A stretch of 47,759 nucleotides of DNA from Alkalimonas sp. (GTDB lineage: Bacteria; Pseudomonadota; Gammaproteobacteria; Enterobacterales; Alteromonadaceae). Positions 9,662 through 21,135 of the stretch are shown here, piece by piece. The DNA lies in the NCBI GenBank assembly GCA_020831935.1, contig JAFIFR010000001.1, positions 1 through 47,759 on the forward strand. Direction: 5' to 3'. The notes below the pieces were generated by a model. That model was not told the origin of the DNA. It ran no database searches and saw only the letters and a list, made by a program, of their open reading frames with translations. Within the stretch, counting starts at the first letter, position 1. Every line of letters begins with the position of its first letter. The translations under genes were made by a program, and so were the position numbers.

Positions 9662-10309
9662 GTGGAAGCGGATTTTTGGCAGCAGTCTTGGCAGCACCCC
9701 ACTCCTGGATTTCAGCTGGATGCCGTGCATCCATTATTACCAGCTTGTTGGTCCAGGGTTTGTCAGCCGCAACATCAGCAGGTTTTGGTGCCTTTATGCG
9801 GCAAAAGCCCGGATCTGCTATGGCTAAGGCAGCAATGGCCTGTGCTTGGAGTGGAATTGGTTGAGCGGCCGTGCCGGGAGTTTTTTCATGAACATGGGCT
9901 TGCGGTCGAACAGCGGCGGCAATCCCCTTTCAGGGTGCATCAGGGCGATGGCATTGCGATTTTGCAAGGGGACTTTTTCCAGCTCACGGCAGACTGGTTG
10001 AATGGACCTGTTGTGGTTTATGACCGAGCAGCACTGATTGCCTTGCCCCCGCAGATGCGTCAGCAGTATGCAGAACACTTGCGCCAGCTGTTGCCCGCAG
10101 GCAGCAGCCTGTTACTCATTAGTTTGGAATACCCGCCAACTGAAAAGCAGGGGCCGCCTTTTGCTGTCACTGAGTTGGAGATACGTCGGTTGTTTTCAGC
10201 TGCAGACATTGCCCTGTTGGCTATTCGAAACTTAACCGGTCAGGGCTTTGCTCGCCGAAGCTTCACCACCAGTTACCTGATTGAAAAAGCCTGGTGCATT
10301 CAATTCTGA
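9662..10309 (+). CDS. tpm: Thiopurine S-methyltransferase
   Basis: GTG start gives (M)EADFWQQSW; motifs VLVPLCGKSPD, GVEL, QGDFF, YDRAALIALP and GPPFAV. Confidence 0.9.
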   Translation: MEADFWQQSWQHPTPGFQLDAVHPLLPACWSRVCQPQHQQVLVPLCGKSPDLLWLRQQWPVLGVELVERPCREFFHEHGLAVEQRRQSPFRVHQGDGIAILQGDFFQLTADWLNGPVVVYDRAALIALPPQMRQQYAEHLRQLLPAGSSLLLISLEYPPTEKQGPPFAVTELEIRRLFSAADIALLAIRNLTGQGFARRSFTTSYLIEKAWCIQF

Positions 10310-10314
10310 GGAGC

Positions 10315-10343
10315 TCCCAGAGCGTCCATATGCCGCTCTGGGG
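10315..10343. terminator. GC-rich hairpin between convergent tpm and transporter genes
   Basis: CCCAGAGCG-9nt-CGCTCTGGG; lacks a clean U-tract. Confidence 0.45.
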
Positions 10344-10362
10344 TGTTACTTGCTCTTCTGAG

Positions 10363-11706
10363 TTAGCCGTTGTGCAGATGGGTAAAGTCGACTGACTCTT
10401 CCTCTTTTCGACCTGCATCTGGATCATTGAAGACTTTTTCATCCAGCTGCTGTTCACTTTTTGCAATCACGCAGGATACCATGGAGTCGCCGGTGATATT
10501 GACGGCGGTTCGGGTCATGTCCAGCAAACGGTCCACCCCGATAATCAGCGCAATGCCTTCTACCGGCAGGCCCACTTGCTGCAACACCATGGCCAGCATA
10601 ATCAGACCCACGCCAGGCACGCCTGCCGTGCCAACCGAAGCCAAAGTTGCTGTTAACACCACCATCAGGTAATCGGTCAGCGTCAGGTCTACCATAAAGA
10701 CCTGGGCAATAAAGACAGTAGCGACTCCTTGCATAATGGCCGTGCCATCCATGTTGATGGTGGCGCCAAGGGGAACTGTGAAAGAGCCAATGCTATTTTT
10801 TACGCCCAGCTTTTTCGTGACTGTTTCCAGTGTTACCGGAATGGTGGCATTGCTGCTTGAGGTGCTAAAGGCAAAAAGGGCGGCATCGCGCATCTTGCGT
10901 AAGAAAATGACTGGATTAAGACCGGTCAGCACTTTGAGGAGCGCCGGGTAGGAAACAAAGCCGTGCAATAAGAGCACGCCAAGGACCACAAAGAAATAGG
11001 CTGCCAGACTGCTGAACATATCCAGTCCCATGGTGCTGAACACACGCACCATCAAACAGAACACGCCATAGGGCGCCAGGTTCATCAGTATGGTGACCAG
11101 TTTCATCACAATGGTGTTCAGATCCTGAAACAAGTCGGCGATGCGCTCACCGGTTTTGCCGCTCATGGCTGTGGCAATGCCAAAAAGCACGGCAAAGATA
11201 ATGATTTGCAGCATGTTGCCTTCAGCCATCGCATTGATAGGGTTGCGCGGGAACATGTTGATAATGACTTGTGCCAACCCCGGAGCTTCGGCGGTGCTGA
11301 AGCTGGCGTCTGTCTGCATTTCAACACCTTGACCAGGTCCGATCAGCAAGGCTGCCGATATCGCCAGGGTAATGGCTATGGCCGTGGTGACCAGGTAAAG
11401 ACCGACTGACTTGGCGCCTAATCTGCCTAAGGTGCTGGCATCGGACAGGGATGTGGTGCCGCAGACCAGAGAAATAAACACCAGCGGAACCACCAACATT
11501 TGCAAGCTGGCTATAAATATCTGGCCGCCAATGTGAAACAGGCCATCAATAAAAAATGCGCGGATGGGCAAATGAAATAAAACTAGCGGGATAAGGCGCT
11601 CGTCCTGGCCTGCCAAGAGCCACTGAAAGACGGTTCCCAGCAGTATGCCAGCCACCATCCCTATCACAATTTTACTGGTCAGGCTTAGTTTTTTATGGGT
11701 TTGCAT
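10363..11706 (-). CDS. Dicarboxylate/amino acid:cation symporter (DAACS, GltP/GltT family)
   Basis: MLVVPLVF, AFSTSSSNATIP, PLGATINMDGT, ASVGTAGVPG and GVDRLLDMTRTAVNITGD. Start set at MQTHKK. Confidence 0.95.
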   Translation of the reverse strand: MQTHKKLSLTSKIVIGMVAGILLGTVFQWLLAGQDERLIPLVLFHLPIRAFFIDGLFHIGGQIFIASLQMLVVPLVFISLVCGTTSLSDASTLGRLGAKSVGLYLVTTAIAITLAISAALLIGPGQGVEMQTDASFSTAEAPGLAQVIINMFPRNPINAMAEGNMLQIIIFAVLFGIATAMSGKTGERIADLFQDLNTIVMKLVTILMNLAPYGVFCLMVRVFSTMGLDMFSSLAAYFFVVLGVLLLHGFVSYPALLKVLTGLNPVIFLRKMRDAALFAFSTSSSNATIPVTLETVTKKLGVKNSIGSFTVPLGATINMDGTAIMQGVATVFIAQVFMVDLTLTDYLMVVLTATLASVGTAGVPGVGLIMLAMVLQQVGLPVEGIALIIGVDRLLDMTRTAVNITGDSMVSCVIAKSEQQLDEKVFNDPDAGRKEEESVDFTHLHNG

Positions 11707-11875
11707 AGCGAATTTGAAACGAGTTCTGAAGGTACTTAAGGGTATCAGGTTGCTTTTGTGCAACCAACTCCATTTAATTTTTTTTTAAAAAAAGCTGTGA
11801 CGGCTGGATAAATCGTGGGATAAGATACAGAATAGATATCAAACAATTAAAATTATAAAGGTTGGGAGTTTGTTG

Positions 11876-14101
11876 ATGCGTTCAATCCAGCTTATTTGCA
11901 CCTCAATACTATTGTCTGTTTTTCTGGTTGCTTGTCGTGGTGGTGGTACACTTGATAGTGGTGGTGGACCCGGCGGTACCGGAGGAACTTCTCCTCAGTA
12001 CTCACTTGCGTTGGTCTTGCTGAATGCTGAAGATGAGCAGACGACTGATCTCTCTGAGCAGCAACCATTGACAGCGCGTGCAACCTTGTCTGCGACCCAG
12101 GGGGCTTCTGTAGCAGGGAAGGTCATTCAATTCTCAATCGATCAAACCGGGTTGGCAGAGCTGTCCACATCAACAGGCTCCGTGTTGACCGATGCGAATG
12201 GCGTTGCGCAGATCAGCCTGACGGTGGGAGTCAGCAGTGGTGCGGGTGAGCTTAAAGCCGAACTTATCGATGATGAAACCATTCTGGCGACAGCAAGAGC
12301 AGGTTTTCAGTCGGCTGGTGACGGCGGAGGTGATACCGGAGTTTCCATTTCAAGTGTACGTTTGTTGGCAGACCGCACCCAGTTAGGTTCTGGTGCTTCG
12401 GATGTGGTCCAGCTCTCAGCCCTGGTTCGAGATAGCAATAACGTCTTATTGGAAGGGATCCCCGTCACCTTCTCATCCGATTCAGGTGAGCTGGTCGTCA
12501 GCTCACCCTTAACCGAGCAAGATGGTGTTGCAAAAGCAACGCTGAGCAGCCAAATCGATAAGACCATTCGTGATATCACCATAACTGCACGCGTGAATAA
12601 TGTTTTGGATGAGCTGGTCATTCGTGTCGTCGGTACCACATTGGAGGCCGTTGCACCTTCGGCTGTGGTGTTGGGTGACAGCGTCTCGCTGAACTTTTCA
12701 TTGCAAGATGCTGCTGGCCAGGGGATACCCAATGAAGTGCTTTCAGTGTCTTCCGAACTGGGTAACCCACTGAGTGAAACATCACCCGTTACAGGCAGCA
12801 ATGGGCAGGTCAGTATTAGTTACGATGCTGTAACCAGTGGTGATGACACCATTCTGGTCTCGGCTTTGGGCATCACTCAAACCATTGCCATTAGTGTTAA
12901 GGCGGATAGTTTTGTCTTTTTACCTTCTGACGATGCAGCCATTCCTGAAGTCGATTTAAATACACCTTCAGCAATGATACTTGAATGGTTGACCGACGGT
13001 GTTCCTAATGCCAGCCGCAATGTGTTGTTTTCTACCACCCGTGGGCAAATTGCCAGCACTGAAGCTGGTTTATCAAACGACAGTGTAGTGGCCGAAGCAA
13101 CAACTGACAGTGATGGTCAAGCTGAAGTTTTCATTCAATCCTCTTTTGCCGGCCTTGCCACTATTGCCGCTCGGGGTGGGGATAATGAAGTGACCACTCA
13201 GAAAGTCGTAGAATTTGTTGCTACCAACCCGACCAAAGTGGAGGTTCAGGCTTTTCCAGCGCAATTGGTTTCAGGCGACAGCAGCTCAGTTCGGGCTATT
13301 GTTCGTGATGCCAATAACAACCCGGTAAAAAATCAGCTGGTGGCTTTCTCATTGGACAACAGTGCTGGTGGCTCCATCAGCTCAGGTACAGCGACCACTA
13401 ATTCTCAGGGGGTTGCAACCACATCGTTCACCGCTGATTTATCAACCGGTGCAGGTGTCGAAGGGGAAAATCTAATCATTACTGCTTCTTTGGTCAGTGA
13501 TGCAAGCATCTCGGATGCCACCGATATTGCGGTGGGGGGGCGCACTTTATTCTTCCGCTTCGGTACCGGCAATATTGTTGAAAGCCCTTCGCCAAGCCTG
13601 TATCGCAAAGAGTTCTCAGTTATTGTCACGGACTCATCCGGCAATCCGGTTGCCAATCAACCACTGAACGTGGCAGCAGTCTCATTACGTTATCGCAAAG
13701 GGGTATGGATTAAAGACCCTCCACCACCAGAAAGCTTTAAGATCTGGGTGCCTTCAGTGGCCGCGCATTGTGAAAGTGAAGACGTTAACTTTAATGGTAT
13801 TCTGGATGATGGTGAAGACTTGAATGGCGATGGTCAGCTCACGCCCGGTAATTTGGCAACAGTACCATCCACTATTACCTCAAACAGTGATGGCATTGCG
13901 GTGTTCCATGTCACTTATCCAAGAGACGTAGCACCTTGGCTGGATGTACGTTTGCAAGTGTCTGGCTTTGCCGCTGGCACAGAAAACATCAGCTACCGTG
14001 AATTTGGATTACCAGTTGCGGCAGCCGATGTTTCGCAGGAAAACTCGCCACCACCAGCGAATCCGTTCGGATCTTCAGGCAGTTGTTTTGATACACTCTA
14101 A
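11876..14101 (+). CDS. Surface lipoprotein with tandem bacterial Ig-like (Big_1/invasin-type) domains
   Basis: Lipobox LVA-C followed by a Gly-rich linker; recurrent TDANGVA/TEQDGVA/TGSNGQV/TDSDGQA/TNSQGVA and VRDxNNNPV motifs; C-terminal EDVNFNGILDDGEDLNGDGQLTPGN; GGGAG 7 nt before ATG 11876. Confidence 0.85.
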   Translation: MRSIQLICTSILLSVFLVACRGGGTLDSGGGPGGTGGTSPQYSLALVLLNAEDEQTTDLSEQQPLTARATLSATQGASVAGKVIQFSIDQTGLAELSTSTGSVLTDANGVAQISLTVGVSSGAGELKAELIDDETILATARAGFQSAGDGGGDTGVSISSVRLLADRTQLGSGASDVVQLSALVRDSNNVLLEGIPVTFSSDSGELVVSSPLTEQDGVAKATLSSQIDKTIRDITITARVNNVLDELVIRVVGTTLEAVAPSAVVLGDSVSLNFSLQDAAGQGIPNEVLSVSSELGNPLSETSPVTGSNGQVSISYDAVTSGDDTILVSALGITQTIAISVKADSFVFLPSDDAAIPEVDLNTPSAMILEWLTDGVPNASRNVLFSTTRGQIASTEAGLSNDSVVAEATTDSDGQAEVFIQSSFAGLATIAARGGDNEVTTQKVVEFVATNPTKVEVQAFPAQLVSGDSSSVRAIVRDANNNPVKNQLVAFSLDNSAGGSISSGTATTNSQGVATTSFTADLSTGAGVEGENLIITASLVSDASISDATDIAVGGRTLFFRFGTGNIVESPSPSLYRKEFSVIVTDSSGNPVANQPLNVAAVSLRYRKGVWIKDPPPPESFKIWVPSVAAHCESEDVNFNGILDDGEDLNGDGQLTPGNLATVPSTITSNSDGIAVFHVTYPRDVAPWLDVRLQVSGFAAGTENISYREFGLPVAAADVSQENSPPPANPFGSSGSCFDTL

Positions 14102-14113
14102 ACGATGAGCATT

Positions 14114-14146
14114 AAAAAACCCGCGATTGATTCGCGGGTTTTTTTT
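14114..14146. terminator. Bidirectional intrinsic terminator
   Basis: AAAAAACCCGCGA-ttgat-TCGCGGGTTTTTTTT. Confidence 0.92.
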
Positions 14147-14174
14147 ACGCTAACGAGCTCACTGCATGCGTCTG

Positions 14175-15518
14175 TTAGCCGCGTTGAAAGGGGTAAACAG
14201 AGCCCAGGTGCAAAATCTGTGTCAGCTCATCCAGAGCTGCACGCGACTCCTGCAGCAATTGAGGATCGGCCAGATCGGCTTCGCTGATCTCGTCACGGTA
14301 GTGCTTGTCGACCCATTGGTTCAGGGTGTTGAACAAGTTGTCATCCAGCAGCACGTTTGGATTCACCGCCTGACGCTCCTGCTCGCTCATTGCAACGCGT
14401 AAACGTAAACAAGCCGGGCCACCGCCATTGCGCATGCTTTGCTTCACATCGTAGTAGTGAACCTGACGAATTGGAGTTCCACGGCCAGTCAGCTGCTCCA
14501 GATAACCAGCAACACGGTCGTTATCGCGGCATTCGGTTGGTGCAATAATGGCCATCTCACCATTTGGCAGGGTGATGACCTGGGTATTGAACAGGTAGGT
14601 CTTGATGGCATCATCCACCGCCACCTCTGAGCTCTTCACTTCGATTAGATGCAGCTCGCTGGCATTGCCGAATTTACGTTGCAGCTCGGCCAGTTTCTGC
14701 TCTTTTTCGACAAAAGCTTCCTCGTGGTAGAACAACACATTTTGGTTGCCAACGGCGATGACATCGTTGTGGAAAACCCCTTGGTCAATGACATCCGGGT
14801 TTTGCTGCATATAGACGACATGGTCATCGGATAATCCATGCAAGCGGGCAACGGCTTCGCATGCCTCTAACGTATGACGCGCCGGGAAGCGCTGTGGCGC
14901 CGGTTTGCTGGCATCAAAGGCATAGCGTCCAAACACAAAGAGTTCGACGCCCCTGGCGCCATACTCGCTGCATAAACGGGTATGGTTGGCTGCACCCTCG
15001 TCGCCAAAGTGATCATTGTCCGGCAAATGCCGGTGATGTGCGAAGTGGTTCGGGTCGGCAAACATGGCCTGCAAAATACGACCTGTGGTATCCGGCTCCA
15101 AAGAGCGGTGGAATTTATTGGTCAGGTTGGCCGGGGTAAAGTGAATTTTCCCATCGGCTGTATCTGCACTGGGCGAGATGGTGGCCGCATTCGCTGTCCA
15201 CATACTCGAGGCAGAGCAGACGGCTCGAAGCACGGCAGGTGCTTGTTTCGCTGCTTTGCTGATGATATCGTGATCGCTGCCGGTAAAGCCGAGACGGCGC
15301 AGGGTGTAGACGTCAGGCCGTTCTTGTGGTGCCAGCACGCCTTGCACCAGGCCCAGATCACGCAAAGCTTTCATTTTTTGCAAGCCTTGCTTTGCTGCCT
15401 GGCGTGGGCTGGAATTATTGCGAGCGTTGTTCAGCGAGGCAACATTGCCAACGGACAAACCGGCGTAGTTGTGCGTAGGGCCAACCAGCCCGTCAAAATT
15501 AGCTTCAAAGTACTTCAT
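14175..15518 (-). CDS. astB: N-succinylarginine dihydrolase
   Basis: [49 protein letters not shown] and [15 protein letters not shown]. Confidence 0.98.
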   Translation of the reverse strand: MKYFEANFDGLVGPTHNYAGLSVGNVASLNNARNNSSPRQAAKQGLQKMKALRDLGLVQGVLAPQERPDVYTLRRLGFTGSDHDIISKAAKQAPAVLRAVCSASSMWTANAATISPSADTADGKIHFTPANLTNKFHRSLEPDTTGRILQAMFADPNHFAHHRHLPDNDHFGDEGAANHTRLCSEYGARGVELFVFGRYAFDASKPAPQRFPARHTLEACEAVARLHGLSDDHVVYMQQNPDVIDQGVFHNDVIAVGNQNVLFYHEEAFVEKEQKLAELQRKFGNASELHLIEVKSSEVAVDDAIKTYLFNTQVITLPNGEMAIIAPTECRDNDRVAGYLEQLTGRGTPIRQVHYYDVKQSMRNGGGPACLRLRVAMSEQERQAVNPNVLLDDNLFNTLNQWVDKHYRDEISEADLADPQLLQESRAALDELTQILHLGSVYPFQRG

Positions 15519-15588
15519 TTTTACTTGTATCCTTCCGTTTGGCTGGCTCTGTTGTTTTTATTTGGCCAGAGGGATTTGCTTTATTGAT

Positions 15589-15663
15589 TTGATGATTTAA
15601 TCATCAAGGAGCTCAAAAAACCGAGCTTGACAGCATAATAATGAGTTTATGGGCTTGTCACAA
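15589..15663 (-). promoter_or_regulatory. Putative astB promoter and a perfect 19-bp palindrome
   Basis: Minus-strand TTGTGA (15663-15658), 17 nt, TATTAT (15640-15635). Palindrome TTGATGATT-T-AATCATCAA at 15589-15607. Confidence 0.5.
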
Positions 15664-15734
15664 CTTCCGTTTGCAGATATACGTTAAAAAAGAAGGTTCC
15701 ATCAGCGCATTTTTCAAAGATTCTTAGGGTTGAG

Positions 15735-18329
15735 ATGGCGAAATCACTGGTTATAGTCGAGTCACCGGCAAAAGCGAAGACGATTAATAAGTATCTGGGC
15801 AACAATTTTGTTGTGAAGTCCAGCGTAGGACATATTCGGGATTTACCGACCAGCTCGAGCAAGGATAAGGACAAAAGCAAAAAAGCAACCAGCGCTTTAA
15901 GTAAAGAGCAAAAAGCCTATCAGGCATTGGTTGACCGCATGGGGATTGATCCAGCAAATGGCTGGCAGGCCCGCTATGAAATTTTGCCGGGCAAAGAAAA
16001 AGTCGTCAAAGAGTTAAAGACGCTGGCTGATAAAGCGGATACGGTCTATCTGGCAACGGATTTGGACCGCGAGGGAGAAGCCATTGCCTGGCACCTGCAG
16101 CAAATTATTGGTGGCGAGCCGCAAAAGTTTAAACGGGTGGTCTTTAACGAAATTACTAAAAACGCCATTCAGCAAGCTTTTGAAGAGCCAGGTGATGTCA
16201 ATGTCGATCGCGTCTATGCACAGCAAGCCCGGCGCTTTCTGGACCGGGTGGTGGGCTTTATGGTGTCCCCCCTGCTGTGGAAAAAAATTGCCCGAGGGTT
16301 ATCGGCGGGTCGGGTGCAGTCGGTGGCTGTTCGGCTGGTGGTTGAACGCGAGCGTGAAATCAAAGCCTTTAACCCGGAAGAATATTGGACGGTGCAGGCT
16401 GAGACGACCACGGCGTCCGCACAGGCTTTGCAGCTGGATGTGAGCAAGCAGCAGGGACAGGCATTTCGGCCGGTCAGCCAAGCGCAAACAGAACAAGCCT
16501 TAGCGGCACTGCAGCAGGCAGATTACCGGGTTGCAAAACGCGAAGATAAGCCGAGCAGCAGCAAGGCTCAGGCGCCTTTTATTACCTCGACTTTGCAGCA
16601 GGCTGCCAGTACGCGCCTGGGCTATGGCGTGAAAAAAACCATGATGTTGGCCCAGCGCTTGTACGAAGCTGGTCATATCACTTACATGCGAACCGACTCG
16701 ACCAACCTGAGTCAGGATGCGGTTCAGGCCTGCCGCGATTACATTGAACAAAACTTTGGCAGCAAGTACTTACCACCAGCGCCACTGCGCTATGGTAGCA
16801 AAGGCAATGCGCAAGAAGCGCACGAAGCCATTCGGCCCTCGGATGTGCAGGTTCAGGCGACAACACTGGGTGATATGGAAGCCGATGCCCGTAAACTGTA
16901 CGAACTGATTTGGCGTCAGTTTGTGGCTTGTCAGATGCCTGCGGCGCAATACGATGTCACCACCATTACCGTCGAGGCTGCAGACTTTGAGTTGAAAGCC
17001 AAAGGGCGTGTACTGCGCTTTGATGGTTGGACGAGAGTACAGCCTGCAGTGAAACGCAAAGGCGATGAAGACTCTGTGCTGCCTGATGTGAAAGCCGGTG
17101 AGACTCTGGCATTGCAGCAGCTGTTGCCACAACAGCACTTTACTAAGCCACCGGCTCGCTTTAGTGAAGCCAGTCTGGTGAAAGAGCTGGAGAAGCGGGG
17201 CATTGGGCGGCCGTCGACCTACGCTTCCATCATCTCCACCATTCAGGACCGTGGCTATGTTCGCATTGAAAACAAGCGCTTTTATGCTGAGAAAATGGGG
17301 GAGATCGTCACCGATCGTCTGCTGGATAACTTCAATGAGCTGATGAGCTTTGATTTTACCGCCAACATGGAATTAAAGCTGGATGACATTGCCCATGGAG
17401 AATTGTCCTGGCGTGAAGTGTTGGATAGCTTTTATCTGGGGTTCTCGGAGCAGTTAAAACAAGCCGAAGCCGACGAAACCGAAGGCGGCATGAAGGTCAA
17501 CCAGTTTGTTTTGACCGACATTGATTGCCCGACTTGTGGCCGTAAAATGGGCATTCGGACCGCTTCCACCGGGGTCTTTCTTGGTTGCTCAGGCTACCAG
17601 TTGCCACCAAAAGAACGCTGCACCACGACTTTGAATCTGGTGTCCGGTGATGAGGCTGTGGCGGATGTCGATGACGAGGAGCAGGAAACCGAAGCCTTGC
17701 GGCAGAAGCGTCGCTGTGCCAAGTGTGGGACCGCGATGGACTCTTACCTGATCGATGAACAGCGTAAATTGCATGTCTGTGGCAACAACCCCAGCTGCGA
17801 TGGCTTTGAAGTAGAGCAGGGCAGCTTTAAAATTAAGGGCTATGACGGCCCCGTGATTGAATGCGATAAATGCGGTTCGGACATGCAGTTAAAATCCGGC
17901 CGCTTTGGTAAGTATTTTGGCTGCACCAACAGCGACTGCAAAAATACCCGGAAATTGTTGCGCAATGGCGAAGCGGCCCCACCGAAAGAAGATCCGGTGC
18001 ATTTGCCTGAGTTGCCTTGCGAGAAATCCGATGCTTACTTTGTGCTTCGGGATGGCGCGGCAGGAATTTTCCTGGCGGCATCCACTTTTCCGAAGTCACG
18101 GGAAACCCGGGCGCCTTTGGTTGAAGAGCTGGTTCGTTTCCGTGAACGTTTGTCGCCAAAGTTCCTGTACTTAACGGAAGCTCCGGTCAAAGACGCCGCA
18201 GGCAATCCAGCCATTGTGCGCTGGAGCCGGAAAACCAAGCAGCAGTACGTGATGACCGAACACAATGGCAAAGCGACTGGCTGGTCTGCCTGGTACGAAA
18301 ATGGCCGTTGGAAAGTGACAGAAAAATAG
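15735..18329 (+). CDS. topA: DNA topoisomerase I
   Basis: [46 protein letters not shown]; C-terminal zinc ribbons. Confidence 0.99.
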   Translation: MAKSLVIVESPAKAKTINKYLGNNFVVKSSVGHIRDLPTSSSKDKDKSKKATSALSKEQKAYQALVDRMGIDPANGWQARYEILPGKEKVVKELKTLADKADTVYLATDLDREGEAIAWHLQQIIGGEPQKFKRVVFNEITKNAIQQAFEEPGDVNVDRVYAQQARRFLDRVVGFMVSPLLWKKIARGLSAGRVQSVAVRLVVEREREIKAFNPEEYWTVQAETTTASAQALQLDVSKQQGQAFRPVSQAQTEQALAALQQADYRVAKREDKPSSSKAQAPFITSTLQQAASTRLGYGVKKTMMLAQRLYEAGHITYMRTDSTNLSQDAVQACRDYIEQNFGSKYLPPAPLRYGSKGNAQEAHEAIRPSDVQVQATTLGDMEADARKLYELIWRQFVACQMPAAQYDVTTITVEAADFELKAKGRVLRFDGWTRVQPAVKRKGDEDSVLPDVKAGETLALQQLLPQQHFTKPPARFSEASLVKELEKRGIGRPSTYASIISTIQDRGYVRIENKRFYAEKMGEIVTDRLLDNFNELMSFDFTANMELKLDDIAHGELSWREVLDSFYLGFSEQLKQAEADETEGGMKVNQFVLTDIDCPTCGRKMGIRTASTGVFLGCSGYQLPPKERCTTTLNLVSGDEAVADVDDEEQETEALRQKRRCAKCGTAMDSYLIDEQRKLHVCGNNPSCDGFEVEQGSFKIKGYDGPVIECDKCGSDMQLKSGRFGKYFGCTNSDCKNTRKLLRNGEAAPPKEDPVHLPELPCEKSDAYFVLRDGAAGIFLAASTFPKSRETRAPLVEELVRFRERLSPKFLYLTEAPVKDAAGNPAIVRWSRKTKQQYVMTEHNGKATGWSAWYENGRWKVTEK

Positions 18330-18345
18330 TGGTTTCGCAGTCTCT

Positions 18346-18384
18346 GTGGTAAAAAAAACCAGCTTGCGCTGGTTTTTTTACCAC
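18346..18384. terminator. Bidirectional intrinsic terminator
   Basis: GTGGT-A8-CCAGC-ttgc-GCTGG-T7-ACCAC; overlaps the stop codon of the convergent gene. Confidence 0.9.
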
Positions 18385-19148
18385 TTGCGTTTGGGCGCAA
18401 ACAGCTCGTCCAAATCCTTGTTTTCCTGCTCTGCTTTTTTATCCCTGTCCCGCTGATTTGAGTTTTTCAACTCGTCAGAGATTTCTTGCAGCGATTGCAT
18501 CACCTCCGACTTCCGGGTAACGACGTACTCCGTCTGATGCGGTGAGCCATCAAGTGCGACCAGTGCTTTCTCGAAATATTGGCGAGCAGAGCCCAGCATC
18601 TGGGTTGAGCGAGCTTTCATCCCCCGTTTGATTTGGCTTTCAACGTTAATACGCAATTGCAAAGCCTCCAGACGGCGGTCTTCCTGAATCACGACATCCG
18701 TATCTACATTGCCCCTGGCGTGCTCTGAGCGCAAAATAATCCGTAACTTCTTAATGCCCTGAATCAGAGCGATCAAGACCTTGTCATCATCGGGCAAAGT
18801 AATGCCTTCGGAAACCTGTTGTTCATCCGAATTTGCTCCAAACTCCTTGAGTCGGTTTTGCGTTTCGTTCAACCGGTTCTTAATATCTTTTGAGCCCGGC
18901 TCTAGCTCTACCATGGCTTTTAGTGTAAAGGCGATGCGGCGCAGTAAGACCTGGCTAATAGCCGGCGTTAGCGGTACATTGGCAGAGTTCATCAGGATAT
19001 CTTCGGTATCTTCCAAAATAGTCCGTAGCTTACTGAATTCTGCACGTTTCAGAGCAGCCATCCGATTACGATGTTGTTGTATCGCATTGACGATCACCGC
19101 AATGATCACCAGAGCGATGACCAAAATAATAATCAGAGTTAGTAACAT
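18378..19148 (-). CDS. Membrane-anchored alpha-helical protein of unknown function
   Basis: N-terminal hydrophobic helix (LTLIIILVIALVIIAVIV), then a charged helical body and a C-terminal DELFAPKRKW; GAGG upstream of the ATG. Confidence 0.8.
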   Translation of the reverse strand: MLLTLIIILVIALVIIAVIVNAIQQHRNRMAALKRAEFSKLRTILEDTEDILMNSANVPLTPAISQVLLRRIAFTLKAMVELEPGSKDIKNRLNETQNRLKEFGANSDEQQVSEGITLPDDDKVLIALIQGIKKLRIILRSEHARGNVDTDVVIQEDRRLEALQLRINVESQIKRGMKARSTQMLGSARQYFEKALVALDGSPHQTEYVVTRKSEVMQSLQEISDELKNSNQRDRDKKAEQENKDLDELFAPKRKW

Positions 19149-19184
19149 CGATACCTCAAAGTCTGTTCAGGCGATACCTTGCCA

Positions 19185-19877
19185 TCAGGGTAACTGCAGT
19201 TGGAACAGGCCACCACCAAATTGACCGCCATTGCTGAGCTTGATTTGACCATGGTGCCCATGATGCTGGTGCGCTTGTGCAATGAGATTTGCAAAAAACA
19301 GGCCAAGACCTGTATGACCTCGGCTTAGCTCGGCTTTATTCAGCAATTGCTTGCTATCGGCCAGCATAAAATCCGGAAAGCCGGCACCATCATCATGCAC
19401 TTCGATAATCAGCATTGAATCGTGCTGATAGGCACGGACAAATAGCCTCTGCTGAGTATAGCGTATGGCATTGACAACAATGTCGTTGACCAAATTCAGG
19501 ATGAGATCACGGTCTAAAAACCAGTGCAGCTCATTCGGGCACTCGATTTGCAAATCAATTTGCTTTTGAGCGATGTAAAGCTCATTTTTAAGCTGAATTT
19601 CTTCAAGCAAATCCATCACGTAGTAGTCATCAATTTGCAGCGGCAGTTGATCGCGTTCCAAGCGATACAACGACAGCAATTGCAACAGGTTGGTGTTGAG
19701 CCGGTTGGCTTCGTAATGAATTTTGGCCAGCTCTTGCTGCGATTTTGGTGCCTGTTCGGCCAGTTCGTCGTGCATCAGTTCAATGGACTGCAACAGCATG
19801 CACAATGAGTTTTTCATATCATGCACGGACGAAGCCAGCACAGATGCAAAGTCGATAGGTAAGGGCGTTTTGCTCAT
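19185..19877 (-). CDS. Soluble histidine kinase without a sensor domain (DHp + HATPase only)
   Basis: H-box SVHDMKNSL about 20 residues from the start; N-box VVNAIRY; G1 VHDDGAGF; G2 GHTGLGL. Start set at MSKTPL. Confidence 0.88.
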   Translation of the reverse strand: MSKTPLPIDFASVLASSVHDMKNSLCMLLQSIELMHDELAEQAPKSQQELAKIHYEANRLNTNLLQLLSLYRLERDQLPLQIDDYYVMDLLEEIQLKNELYIAQKQIDLQIECPNELHWFLDRDLILNLVNDIVVNAIRYTQQRLFVRAYQHDSMLIIEVHDDGAGFPDFMLADSKQLLNKAELSRGHTGLGLFFANLIAQAHQHHGHHGQIKLSNGGQFGGGLFQLQLP

Positions 19878-20006
19878 AAGGTTCCAGTTCCGGCAACCAA
19901 GTCCCACTAAAGTAATCGAAAAAAGTCATTTCGTATAGCCAATGCCTACTCTTTCGCACTTTTTTTAGCTACTATTGGTTATAGAATTCCACAGTATCCT
20001 AAGTGA

Positions 20007-21035
<1,029 letters not shown>

Positions 21036-21054
21036 GTCTGCTTTTGGTTTTTTT

Positions 21055-21096
21055 AGAAGTCTAGACGTTGATGCGTCTTGTCTTGCCGGTTATGAT
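21055..21096 (+). promoter_or_regulatory. Three tandem MetJ boxes overlapping the metR sigma70 promoter
   Basis: AGAAGTCT, AGACGTTG and ATGCGTCT at 21055-21078 match AGACGTCT at 7/8, 6/8 and 6/8. Promoter TTGATG (21068), 17 nt, TATGAT (21091). Confidence 0.85.
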
Positions 21097-21135
21097 GGCG
21101 CTGGTAAAAACGACACCTTGTGAATACAGGTCATC

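Noticed and set aside
11778-11793. T9-A7 homopolymer upstream of the Ig-like lipoprotein as a phase-variation tract
   Set aside because: It lies upstream of the putative -35 rather than in the spacer or CDS, and is better explained as an AT-rich UP element.
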